Virus record (IMG/VR): IMGVR_UViG_3300023060_000001
Span: 1 to 64,000 of that record
DNA from: a virus
Taxonomy: Duplodnaviria > Caudoviricetes
Reading direction: 5' to 3' (one strand)
DNA: 64,000 bases
The position numbers were made by a program, and so were the translations under genes. Of the stretch, positions 29,533-39,196 are shown in pieces; position 1 is the stretch's first letter; every line of letters begins with the position of its first letter. Under the pieces are notes generated by a model that did not search any database, was not told the origin of the DNA, and saw nothing but the letters and a program-made list of their open reading frames with translations.

Positions 29533-32500
29533 TTATTTTCCTCTTGCTTGAGTAGCTACTGACTCTTTACCAGCCAAAGCACGTTTAAGTTCATCCATTT
29601 GACCGTTGTTTATTACGATATTATTAGTAACAGTTGTTACGTTACCTTCGGAACTATTCCATAAACCAGATACACCACCGTATTTCATGTTCTCAGCTCC
29701 CTCTACAGGACGGAAAGCATCTGAAAAAGAAGTACCTCTATTTAGAATTCTTCCTATTTCAGCAGACTTACCTTTGTTAGACAGCTTAGCGAATTCTTCA
29801 GGAGATAAAGGCGATTTTTTAGCATTGAACCCTTTAAAACTTGAGTCCTTAGCGTAGAATTTACCGTCCTTTTCTACAAAGTCGCTGGTTGTACCTTTTA
29901 AGAGGTTTATTTGTTTTCCATAAGTTTTCTCTATAAGACCTATTTTAGTATCATCTATCATTGAGTATAACTCGTCAATTGCAACTAATGCTAAACTAAT
30001 AGGTGCAAAAGCCCTAGCCCAAGATGCTGCCATAGACCAACTAGCTTTATGTAAAATAGATTGGAAAGATAGCAAGGTATGTATTGCCTTGGCACCAAGT
30101 AGTGTGTAGAAATTATCTATTGCAAACTTCATAACAGGTTCTAAAACTTTCAACCCCGTAGCAATAGCATTAAACACATCACCAAATATTTTACCTAATT
30201 TCTTAAGTTGGGGTTCTGAATTTTCAAAGATTTCAGATAATGTTCCATAAAGGTTAGATAACCCTTCTTCAAAACCTGAGTTGAAAATAGTTTTGCCAGC
30301 GCGTTGCATTCCAGTCATAAATTGACCTTCTTTAACACGTAATCCTTGTAAGGCTAGTGCATATGCTCCACCTTCTGTAGCAGCTTTTCGGAATTCTTTA
30401 GCCACTTTTGGTAGTACTTCTGCTGAAACTAGTTGACCCGCTTCCATCATTTTGAATAGTTCTGCTTCAGTGATTCCTAAAGCCCTAGTGAATATTTGCA
30501 CAGCACCCTTAGTGCAATCAACAACTTACGTAACCAAGTTGCCAGTTATTACCTTCAACCAAATAATAACTTACACACCTCTCGGTGTGGGTAGATCATA
30601 TCTTATACTACAGCATCACCTGTTTAGCATCCTCCCGTTTCGATTAGCCATTAACTTGCTAACCTACTCTACTCCCTTCCACCAAAAAGGTGTGGTTTCG
30701 ATGACCGTTGATCGTTCTTCTCTTTTAAAGAAGCTTCGATGCTGATTGCCAATATTATTAAGATTTTCAGGGGTCGTTACTACATTTCTGTGTAATATCC
30801 TACTTAATACTTAACTTGGGTTTCCAGCAGTTAAAGAGGTTTATTCATCATTGATTTCTCAATGAGTACCCAGTGTTACTTAGGTAAACTGTCGCCTAGC
30901 TGATTTTTGAGTTCCTCCAGTAAAGCTAATAAAATCAATAACTTAGCTAAACACCTACACCTTCTCAGGGTAGCCTGATCATATCATAACCCTCGCCACT
31001 CTACGTTAGGGTTCCTGCTGTTTCTTCCTATAAATAGGTTCTACTATACTCGCTTACCAAAACTAATCTTTGCTAGTTTATCTGCTTTCTATGATCGATG
31101 AACGTGAAGCTACTTACTTTGTAGCTTATTCGCTGCTGATTGTCAATATTTTCAGAATTTTAAGGGGTCGCTACTATGTCACCATGTAGTATCCTATCTG
31201 AAACCTAACTTGAGTTTCCAGCAATTAAACAGGTTTTCGATAATAATTTCTTATTAAAGGGCCAAAGAACTTTTAGCCATTACTTTCCCTTTTGACATCC
31301 AACACCTTCGAACAAGTACGTTACCTCTTGCCCCGCAAATCCTTATTGCAGCTCTATATCGCTATAGAAGTTGAGACCATATCTTCACCCTCAGCCTTAC
31401 CTGTTTGGGGTTGTGCGCTTCCACTCACTTGAGTGTACAGATTTCATAAACCTCTAAGGTTCGTTTATCTTGGTCGTTACACCTTGGAAAGAATTACTTC
31501 TAACCCTTGGCTCGGTATTGTCTCTCGGAATAATTTATGATTTTGTTAAGATGTTCTATTTTTAGAATTGCCTTTTGAATCATTTCATCAGGTGTAGAAT
31601 CAAACTTAAAACTATTACAATCCTTACAGGAAAATGTAATGTTTTCGACTGTATTAGAACCGCCTCTAGAAATAGGGTTTATATGCTCAACTTCACATGT
31701 AGTATGGTTGATTGCGTCACCGCAATAAGCGCATGATTTATTGGAACTTTCAAATAAAGCTTTTAATTCTTTACCTGTTACAACACCTATACCCATGTGT
31801 TTTGTTCTTGCATTAGGTTTCGATGCTCTTGCATTCCAATAAACCACAGTTCCCGTTATAGCGTTACGCTCAAACCACACCCTATATTTTTCTTTGTTGT
31901 CATAAGTTTTATTTCGAATTCTAACACATTGCTTGCATTCTTTTCTGACTCCGTTTTTACCCTTCTTTTCTTTATGAAAGGAAGTTAAAGGCAATTCTTC
32001 GTTGCATTTAGAACATATTTGTTTAATCATATTATCACTCTTTTCGGTATTGTATATATTAATTATACCAAATAACAGTGTTATTTACAAGAGAGTTCCA
32101 CCGAATTCACACAATTTGTTCATGCCTATTACTAAGCAGCCAGACAATAATCGTCTATCTGGATCAAGGCTTTCTGACTTCGCTTGATGCTTTCATCATC
32201 TACCTTCAATGCTGTCCCGAACATACTCAACCCTGTGAATAAGTCCTCTTGTTCCGTTTGGGAAATTTTACCTTTTGATGCAAATTTAAACTTAACGAAA
32301 GCGTCTGTAGTATCTTTTAAACTAAGACCCATTTCATCAACAATTCCATTTATGAACATCATATCCTTTGCAGCAGCTTCCGAACTACCACTTGCAGCAA
32401 GCATAGAAGCCTCCATCCCCTGAAAACTCATGCCTACCCGCTTAATTGCACCCGTACCTTCAAAAATAGCGTACAAGCTTGCATAGCTGCGAATCATATT

Positions 32501-33250
32501 CCTTGTTGAATCGGTTAGACCCTTTTGGGCAATGTTTGTTTTACGAAGCCCTTTTCTATAACGGGTCATATTCTGCCTAACATCGGTCATCTGGTAACGA
32601 AGCTTTCTTAACCCTTCCAAGTCTTTCTTATCAACAAGTTGTTGTATTTCCCTTTCATACTTAACACCCTCTCCCATCTTACCTGCAAGTTTAAACCCTG
32701 CTGTTCTCTGGATCATGTCTGCTTGAGATTGGACAGCTTTATTATGTTTCTTTAAGGCTTTTGCCCTTTTGTGCAGAGACTCTCGTAAAGAAGCTTCCTC
32801 TTTCCTACGATCATCTTCCCTTTGCCTTTTTAAAGTAGCTCTACGTTTTTGCTTATCAACCCAACGTTTCCTTTCCATCTCGGATAATTTTTTGGATTGC
32901 GTTGCTTCTTCCTTGAAACTCTTTTCAAAAACACTGGCACTCCCTTGGGCACTTTTATTAGCAAGTTTGTTGTTTGGTATAAGAGAATTAATCTTCTCTC
33001 TACGTTCCCATGCCTTACGAGCTTTCTCAGCTTGTATCTTACTATCCCTGCCATAAGTTGCCTCATCCTTAAGTTTCTTTGCCAGCATAGTTTTGTGCGC
33101 TTTGTTTTCCACTTTATTATTAGTGGATGTACGTTTAGCTTGTTTCTTACCTACACTTTCTAAAAACTTGTCTAAATCATTAGCACCCTTTTTAGCTTCC
33201 TTAGAATCAGTGAGAAACTTTATTACGAATTCTTCAATTATATTAGACAT
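29533..33250 (-). CDS. tape measure protein; spliced exons 33250-32157, 31299-31275, 30917-30882, 30507-29533 (709 aa)
   Basis: Splicing reconstitutes KALIQMMSKGKVMAEELKNQLGDSLPGAVQIF, the conserved tape-measure N-domain motif; lies after the tail chaperones. Confidence 0.92.
30508..30881 (-). mobile_element. group I intron 3 of the tape measure gene (374 nt, ORF-less)
   Basis: P1 UACCU/GGGUA; P7 GGUCA/UGAUC (AAGAUAUGAUC); terminal G. Confidence 0.9.
30918..31274 (-). mobile_element. group I intron 2 of the tape measure gene (357 nt, ORF-less)
   Basis: P1 GGCU/GGCC; P7 GAUCA/UGAUC; terminal G. Confidence 0.9.
31500..32030 (-). CDS. intron-encoded HNH endonuclease
   Basis: CAYCG...EHINPISRGG.N..EN...SC..CN..K. 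Confidence 0.9.
   Translation of the reverse strand: MIKQICSKCNEELPLTSFHKEKKGKNGVRKECKQCVRIRNKTYDNKEKYRVWFERNAITGTVVYWNARASKPNARTKHMGIGVVTGKELKALFESSNKSCAYCGDAINHTTCEVEHINPISRGGSNTVENITFSCKDCNSFKFDSTPDEMIQKAILKIEHLNKIINYSERQYRAKG
32062..32090 (-). promoter_or_regulatory. intron-internal promoter for the HNH gene
   Basis: TTGTAA-N17-TATAAT with extended TG. Confidence 0.6.
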
Positions 33251-33309
33251 TCATACTAACACCTTTTGTTGAAAAGAGACCTTACCTAAATAAGATCCCT
33301 TTTTGTTAA

Positions 33310-33606
33310 TTATTCTTTTGGCTTGGAATCTTCATATTGCGCAATTTCATAATCTTGATTCATGAGCATCTCCTCTTCAAAATGGAAATACTCTTTTATA
33401 TCAGATTCGTGCATCAACTCCTTGAAACTTATTCCATAATTCTTCCATGTGTACTTGATAACCATATTTTGGTATAGTCTTTCTGGGTCTAAAGTGGATT
33501 CCTTTTCAACATGTTTATCTACTATTCCTCTGTAGATTGACCTGTTTGCATCACTTTCTTCAACACTCCTCCCCATGACTTGGTTATAACGTTTTCTGTA
33601 AAAAAA
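33310..33606 (-). CDS. tail assembly chaperone, -1 frameshift extension (gpGT-like)
   Basis: The -1 frame is open from the slippery T TTT TTT (33600-33606) through YRKRYNQVMGRSV... to the stop at 33310. Confidence 0.75.
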   Translation of the reverse strand, partial: FFYRKRYNQVMGRSVEESDANRSIYRGIVDKHVEKESTLDPERLYQNMVIKYTWKNYGISFKELMHESDIKEYFHFEEEMLMNQDYEIAQYEDSKPKE

Positions 33607-33986
33607 TCTTTAAAATTCTCCTCGAACAAGAAGAAGATGAATTCCATGAAAAGTGCTGGCTTGCCTCGGAAGTCTTTATCCAAATCTTCAAAGCTATTAA
33701 ATTGAACACCTTCATCATTTGTTGAACCCATCAACATTTTAGCAATCAGCTTATCAATTTCAGGCTTTTCCATATCCTCTGCAATAAGGCTCATGATATC
33801 TTTGAAAGTGTTCACTTTGTTAAATGTGGCATAATCTTCATCAACATTCTTACTATCTAAAACTTCACCCATGATTGGTGCAATTGTTTTCAACAGTACA
33901 CGACTACCTTTAAAACACTCCCATGTACTCAATACTGTTATTGTGTAAGTCTTATCTCCGATTGTTTTCTTTCTCGTTGGTAACAT
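33522..33986 (-). CDS. tail assembly chaperone (gpG-like)
   Basis: Between tube and tape measure; ENFKDFF motif at the slippery site. Confidence 0.8.
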   Translation of the reverse strand: MLPTRKKTIGDKTYTITVLSTWECFKGSRVLLKTIAPIMGEVLDSKNVDEDYATFNKVNTFKDIMSLIAEDMEKPEIDKLIAKMLMGSTNDEGVQFNSFEDLDKDFRGKPALFMEFIFFLFEENFKDFFTENVITKSWGGVLKKVMQTGQSTEE

Positions 33987-34020
33987 GATTATCTCTTCCT
34001 CATATTTTATTGTTTTACAA

Positions 34021-34058
34021 AAAGAAAAAGCACCTACCTATGTAGGTAAGTGCTTTTA
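34021..34058 (-). terminator. intrinsic terminator after the tail tube gene
   Basis: aaaagcac..tacctatgtaggta..gtgctttt hairpin with a U-tract on the minus strand. Confidence 0.7.
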
Positions 34059-34071
34059 TGTATATTACTTA

Positions 34072-34584
34072 TTAAGATGTTAAATCTTGTAAGTTTTGTG
34101 CTTGCTCTGAAATAAAGTCTACAAAGTTATTTGCATTTAACACTTCAGAAGCAGTTTCAGAAATACCTTCCGCTGCTGGTAAGTATTGAACATCATCAAC
34201 ATGGAACATGTGAGTACGAGTACCCGCTTCTGCTGCCAATGCTTGTGGTGCCATCTTACGTAAGTGTACATCTTTAAGGTTAACTAATTCACTGCCTGAG
34301 CGGTCTGTGATAGTGATATCAAAGAATAACAAATCATTTGTAGTTTTAGTTTTTAAATCTAGTGCTGCAACACACATGTTAAATTCTGAATTATGTTGCT
34401 GTAATTCAATTTCAAAAGTACCTGTGTTATCTGCAATAACCGTGTGAGCTGGCACACCATCTGCTGAAACGATTGTACTTGAGTTATCAGAATTACGATC
34501 TACTGTAATTGAAGTCCAACCAGATACATCTTGGAAACCAGCAACTACTATTTTAACGTCCTTTGGACTATAAGTTTTAGCCAT
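34072..34584 (-). CDS. tail tube protein
   Basis: TYSPKDV, VSADG, GT..I.LQQ.S..N motifs; follows the sheath. Confidence 0.85.
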   Translation of the reverse strand: MAKTYSPKDVKIVVAGFQDVSGWTSITVDRNSDNSSTIVSADGVPAHTVIADNTGTFEIELQQHNSEFNMCVAALDLKTKTTNDLLFFDITITDRSGSELVNLKDVHLRKMAPQALAAEAGTRTHMFHVDDVQYLPAAEGISETASEVLNANNFVDFISEQAQNLQDLTS

Positions 34585-34595
34585 TGTTTTATTCC

Positions 34596-35972
34596 TTAAT
34601 TACCTAGTGTACCAGTGATTTCAATCATGTGGATAGCGCCGCGAAGGGTTCCTTTGAAACTCACTTGTTTAAATACGTTTGCAGCTTTATCAGCAGCGTT
34701 AATCTCAGATACACGAGGTATTGTGATAGAAGTATTTGGTAAGAGGAAGTTGTGGAAATCTTCTGACTCATATTGATTAAGTACTGTACGAACAGCACCA
34801 CGAACTTTGTTCAAGCTTGTTTCATCGAATGCAAGACGACCATTCTTCTGACGTATCATAAGCTCAGTGGTGGTTGCTTCTAAATCAACTTGAAGGTTAT
34901 CACGAGTAACAATATTCATTGTAAGCTCACCACTTGCCACTTTACCACCATAAGTGATAGAAGGGTTTGAGCTAAATGATGCACCGCTGATTTGTACCTT
35001 GTCGTAGAAGTTAACTTCATTACTCTTCATGTTAGACACTTGAGTTGCTGTTAAATTTCCGCCTGTTGCGTTAAGTGCTGCTGGAACACCTGAAACAATA
35101 CGAGCATGGTAAGTAACACGACCAGTTGTAAATGTAGCAATCTCTGCTAAAGCTGCAACTTCTGGGTAAGTGTCTTCTGCTAAGTGGTGATACTCTGGCA
35201 TAGTACGGAAGTATTGATTATCTTTGACAGTTTTAACACTACCAGATAATACTGCCGCATAAGCACCTTCTTCCGCTGTTGTATAACGGAATAGTTTGAA
35301 ACGAGATTCTACTTCAGCAGCTAACTCTTCAATAAAGGTTACACTCTTTTCTTCACTAGTTACATAGTACCATGAATCATCTTCAATTGCAATACCTGCC
35401 AACATCTCTGCTGCAGACTCTTCAACAGCACCCGCAGAAGTAGATAAATTTAGAAGATTGGTCACTGTGAACCAACCATCACCTACTTTATGAGAAAGAG
35501 TTAATATTGCGTCATTCCCAGTACCTGTTACAGTAGCTGTGATTTTTGCATTAAGGTCTGTATTGCCTGTGATAGCAGTAACCACTTGGTCAAGGATATC
35601 TTGCTTAGTTTCACCAGCACCTGCTGTAACACTGATTTCTAATGCAGCAAGAGAACCTAGTGCATTAACTGTTACATTGTATTCTAAACCGTCTACAACG
35701 TCCTCTGTTACGTTTAAAACAGTGGAAGCATTAACACGACCAACTTTAATTGATTGTGGACGAGGTGTCTGTGAGAAGCCGCCACGTAAAGCTTTATAAG
35801 CTGCATCATCTGCTGAAAAACCATCTTCAAGCAAAGCATCTGCATCAGTGTAAGTACGAATACGTTCAGGCCATAAATTGTGTTTTGCCGCAAACATAAT
35901 ACCTTGGAAACCTTGACGACCTACTGTTGCCGTTTCCAAAGAAATATTCGCAATGGCTAATTGTACACTCAT
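34596..35972 (-). CDS. tail sheath protein (DUF3383-like)
   Basis: FSQTPRP....VGR, W..V, and GAIH...I.G C-terminus. Confidence 0.88.
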   Translation of the reverse strand: MSVQLAIANISLETATVGRQGFQGIMFAAKHNLWPERIRTYTDADALLEDGFSADDAAYKALRGGFSQTPRPQSIKVGRVNASTVLNVTEDVVDGLEYNVTVNALGSLAALEISVTAGAGETKQDILDQVVTAITGNTDLNAKITATVTGTGNDAILTLSHKVGDGWFTVTNLLNLSTSAGAVEESAAEMLAGIAIEDDSWYYVTSEEKSVTFIEELAAEVESRFKLFRYTTAEEGAYAAVLSGSVKTVKDNQYFRTMPEYHHLAEDTYPEVAALAEIATFTTGRVTYHARIVSGVPAALNATGGNLTATQVSNMKSNEVNFYDKVQISGASFSSNPSITYGGKVASGELTMNIVTRDNLQVDLEATTTELMIRQKNGRLAFDETSLNKVRGAVRTVLNQYESEDFHNFLLPNTSITIPRVSEINAADKAANVFKQVSFKGTLRGAIHMIEITGTLGN

Positions 35973-35987
35973 TGATTATTCCTTAGT

Positions 35988-36731
35988 TTAATTGTTATTT
36001 GTTGTTCTAAAGGTTACAGCCATAGGAGCAGGGTCATCTTCATAATGATCCAATTCTCCGCCTTCTGAGGCTTCTTGCGAGGGTAGTCCACTGTCAGGTG
36101 GAACAGGAGGTAAAATATTCAAATCACTGTCAACCACTATTTGGTCAAAGTAACCTAAAACATCCGTTGATAGGGTATACTCATCTACTACAGATAAGAA
36201 TATATCAAAAGAACGCATTTCTATATAAGTGTCTTGGTAAACTATGTTAGAGGGAACTACATCAGATTTATTTCTAACTGAAACACCCTGTCCGTAGAAT
36301 TTCTCCAATAACACCCTAAAGTTTTCAACTTCCCAACTCATATGCATTCTGTTAGCAATACTATCTGCTGAATTCTTTCTGTTACCATAAAATTTAATAT
36401 TCATGGAAACTATTTTATTCGTTTGGTAAACTTGTTCATTATCTCTTAAAAAGATATTGACTACTTCCGAGACATCATCTACTATTCTATTATGCGTTAC
36501 ACTACAATAAGGATAGTCTGGTATGTTAGGTTTACGATGTGATCCGTCTTTCTCAAAGTTTCTTTCCAATACAACAGCGGGAATATTCCCATTACCGTCA
36601 TCTGGTACATCTGCAAGAGAACCTTCTATTGTAGCAAGCATATCCCCTACTGAAAGAGAAACTACTTTGGCAACAGACTTTTCTAATCTATCTATATCAA
36701 TCAACTTTATCTCTCCTGTAGAATAGGCCAA
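35988..36731 (-). CDS. tail terminator / neck protein
   Basis: Synteny; P.YPY motif. Confidence 0.65.
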   Translation of the reverse strand: MAYSTGEIKLIDIDRLEKSVAKVVSLSVGDMLATIEGSLADVPDDGNGNIPAVVLERNFEKDGSHRKPNIPDYPYCSVTHNRIVDDVSEVVNIFLRDNEQVYQTNKIVSMNIKFYGNRKNSADSIANRMHMSWEVENFRVLLEKFYGQGVSVRNKSDVVPSNIVYQDTYIEMRSFDIFLSVVDEYTLSTDVLGYFDQIVVDSDLNILPPVPPDSGLPSQEASEGGELDHYEDDPAPMAVTFRTTNNN

Positions 36732-37077
36732 GATAATGATTAGGGATTAAACTCACACCACCTGTAGAATGTCCTGTCCAATTGGCAACATCTAAACAGT
36801 AGAATGTACGTCCTTCGTAAACAATCTCATCTGCCATCCATTCTTCTAATTCGTCATTGGCACGTAGTTCAGAAGGGGTTCTTATTTCAATAGCGTAAAC
36901 ACTTCTAAAACCATCGGGTAGTTTTAAATTGTTCTTACCATCACGATAAGGTTGAATATTACATTCGATATCGACTGTGTAATCTTCGGAAGGAACTACT
37001 TCAAAATCTACGTATTGTGTACCACCATCATTCCTACTAATAGTTTCCACTCTGTTAAATAAAGATATTGTACTCAT
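36697..37077 (-). CDS. head closure protein
   Basis: NIQP....LPDG.R motif; synteny. Confidence 0.7.
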   Translation of the reverse strand: MSTISLFNRVETISRNDGGTQYVDFEVVPSEDYTVDIECNIQPYRDGKNNLKLPDGFRSVYAIEIRTPSELRANDELEEWMADEIVYEGRTFYCLDVANWTGHSTGGVSLIPNHYLGLFYRRDKVD

Positions 37078-37571
37078 AAGTATTTTATCTCCATTGCCAT
37101 CGAGGTTTTGTAACCAAAGTGATCCATTAGTTCACCTTCGTCTATTAGTGGGGTGGGGTTCTTTGTGACTTTTAAATAAGCTGAGTTTCCGAATATCCCT
37201 TTTCCATCTTGCATGTACTTCCTGCCGATATCATTCAATGCGTTATTAATACTGTAAGTAGTTTTAACATTGAGATAATTTTTGAATATATTGCAGAAGA
37301 ATTTAGTTTGGTTTAAACTACCACCAACAACAGGTTTAATCGGAGCAAAAACATCCCTTTTAGGGAAGCTCACGTTTAAAGCATCAGCATTAGCGTGAAT
37401 GAATGCAAGGTTGGCAAATGTCATATTGTTCCTATCATCCCATGCACCAAATCCTGTTGCATTAGAAGGGTAACCTACATCGACACGTTTATTATCAAGT
37501 TCTTGAATCTTCTTCTTTAACTTCTTCCAAACTTGATTGTTCTTGTTCTTTCTTATTATTTTTGCTTGCAC
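37074..37571 (-). CDS. neck / tail completion protein
   Basis: V.VG, P.R and PLID.G.L motifs; likely GTG start after GGAGG. Confidence 0.7.
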   Translation of the reverse strand: MQAKIIRKNKNNQVWKKLKKKIQELDNKRVDVGYPSNATGFGAWDDRNNMTFANLAFIHANADALNVSFPKRDVFAPIKPVVGGSLNQTKFFCNIFKNYLNVKTTYSINNALNDIGRKYMQDGKGIFGNSAYLKVTKNPTPLIDEGELMDHFGYKTSMAMEIKYL

Positions 37572-37662
37572 GAGATTTCCTCCGTGGAGCTTTCTTTTCA
37601 GGAAGAATAACTTCCTCTTTTGTTCCATCTGGAAACACTTTAGTAACTTTCAAAGTTGCCAT
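37495..37662 (-). CDS. small basic protein
   Basis: MATLKVTK start after AGGAG, with upstream TTGACA..TATAAT; overlaps the next gene. Confidence 0.5.
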   Translation of the reverse strand: MATLKVTKVFPDGTKEEVILPEKKAPRRKSRASKNNKKEQEQSSLEEVKEEDSRT

Positions 37663-37739
37663 TAATGTTCTCCTTTCTATTACACTAATTATATAGGTAA
37701 TCCAACAATTTGTCAAATTACCTATTGTAAAGTGGAGTT

Positions 37740-38288
37740 TTATAGATCGTAATACTTTTTGTTCTTTCGTCTATTTGAAAAACAACTGTAAGGTGATTTC
37801 CTATACTCTGTTTCAACGTCATACCCATTGCGAGAATCAGGGTTATCTTTTACCCTTTTGTATTCTGATTGCGATACGCCACCAAATAAAGCATAACCAA
37901 GATCACTTTTTGCAAGGTAAGCCAATGCCTCACAAACTAATGTTGGATCGGTGTTAAACTTTTCAAGAAGGTTCTCCCACCCAGAAGATTCCCCAGAAGC
38001 AGAACTTGTATATTCTACCTGAATTTCTACATCGCCCACCTTTTCACGTTTTTTGGATATTAGTCCAGATCCGCTTCCATTGGTGGCTTGCTCCTTGTTA
38101 ACCAACCATTGCAAAGTAGATAAAATACTTTCATACGTTACTATGCAAAAGTCTTCATCTTCCAACGAGTGGTTATCTACACTTCGCTGAATAAACCTAT
38201 TCAAATTATCATCAGATATTGCAGAAGTGGATAAATCCCCTAAGAGGAATCGCACTTCACTGTTAACATCTGCTATTGTAAATGCCAT
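37740..38288 (-). CDS. head-tail adaptor protein
   Basis: VRFLLGD, REKVGDVE.EY and GGVS motifs. Confidence 0.75.
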   Translation of the reverse strand: MAFTIADVNSEVRFLLGDLSTSAISDDNLNRFIQRSVDNHSLEDEDFCIVTYESILSTLQWLVNKEQATNGSGSGLISKKREKVGDVEIQVEYTSSASGESSGWENLLEKFNTDPTLVCEALAYLAKSDLGYALFGGVSQSEYKRVKDNPDSRNGYDVETEYRKSPYSCFSNRRKNKKYYDL

Positions 38289-38301
38289 CTATTTCTCCTA
38301 A

Positions 38302-38847
38302 TTAAATTTCAGCAGCATGTATTCTTGAGATGGTGATCACTATGTCGTAAATAGATGTTGTACCACTGATAGATTCTAGGCTAAAAGTACCACCGTTTGC
38401 TATAAAAGTACCTAATGTGTAAACAAGGTTAGTATTGGAAATTTCCCTAGCATTAGTAGATCCTGTACCTCTTGGGAAAGTGATAGTTCTTGAGAACACA
38501 GCCCCAATTGTACCCCCGATATCTAAGATTATTTCCGCAACACCATTTTGGTTATCGGTGAATGCTGTAAAATCTATCCTAACAACGTAGGCATCACCTT
38601 CATTATCTGGGGTTATTTTATTATTAACCTCATCCCAAAAGGAAGTGACACCATCTGGAAGGTGGGTTGTAATTGTAGAAGCTGAATCCACGGTTATAGT
38701 AGATGTGAGACCTTGACTAATAATTAAAGGATTACCGCTTGTATACGTACCGTCTATGTAACTTGCCCAACCAGTGAGACCTTTTGCTGCTGTTTTAGCT
38801 TCTGCGGTGGTTATACCATCACCAGAAGGTTTAAATACTAAACTCAT
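38302..38847 (-). CDS. putative virion structural protein
   Basis: Beta-rich, T/S/G-rich; within the structural operon. Confidence 0.6.
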   Translation of the reverse strand: MSLVFKPSGDGITTAEAKTAAKGLTGWASYIDGTYTSGNPLIISQGLTSTITVDSASTITTHLPDGVTSFWDEVNNKITPDNEGDAYVVRIDFTAFTDNQNGVAEIILDIGGTIGAVFSRTITFPRGTGSTNAREISNTNLVYTLGTFIANGGTFSLESISGTTSIYDIVITISRIHAAEI

Positions 38848-38869
38848 AATATTACCTTGTTATATAGTG

Positions 38870-39157
38870 TTATAAAACTTCTACTGAAATTTTAGAAGTG
38901 GAACCTTCTTTTAGGCAACGTAACCATACTTCTTCTGAACCAGCAGATATTTTTATAACGCCTGATTCTGTTCGTAAGTCGTATAACACTCTACCATTGG
39001 TATCATCGTTATCAGGTTGGGTATCTTGGTTCTTTAGTAGAACAGGATAAATACCTTTCACCTGAAGTTCCATTGCTGTACCAACAGCAACCCCTGTAAG
39101 CACACTAAGCGCTTGAAATTGATCACTTGTTGCAATTATATCATTTAATGTTGCCAT
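38870..39157 (-). CDS. putative virion protein, paralog of the N-domain of 39197-40039
   Basis: GV.VGTA.ELQ.K and AGSEEVWLR are shared. Confidence 0.65.
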   Translation of the reverse strand: MATLNDIIATSDQFQALSVLTGVAVGTAMELQVKGIYPVLLKNQDTQPDNDDTNGRVLYDLRTESGVIKISAGSEEVWLRCLKEGSTSKISVEVL

Positions 39158-39196
39158 TAATTTATCCTTTTATTATAGTTATTCTTTTTGGTGGTA

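Larger units (their letters stand above)
31300..32156 (-). mobile_element. group I intron 1 of the tape measure gene (857 nt, encodes HNH)
   Basis: P1 CCAGAU/GUCUGG; P7 GACCA/UGGUC (AAGAUAUGGUC); terminal G. Confidence 0.9.

Noticed and set aside
30452-30745. 97-aa + strand ORF
   Set aside because: Antisense to intron 3 and tape measure exon 4; no RBS
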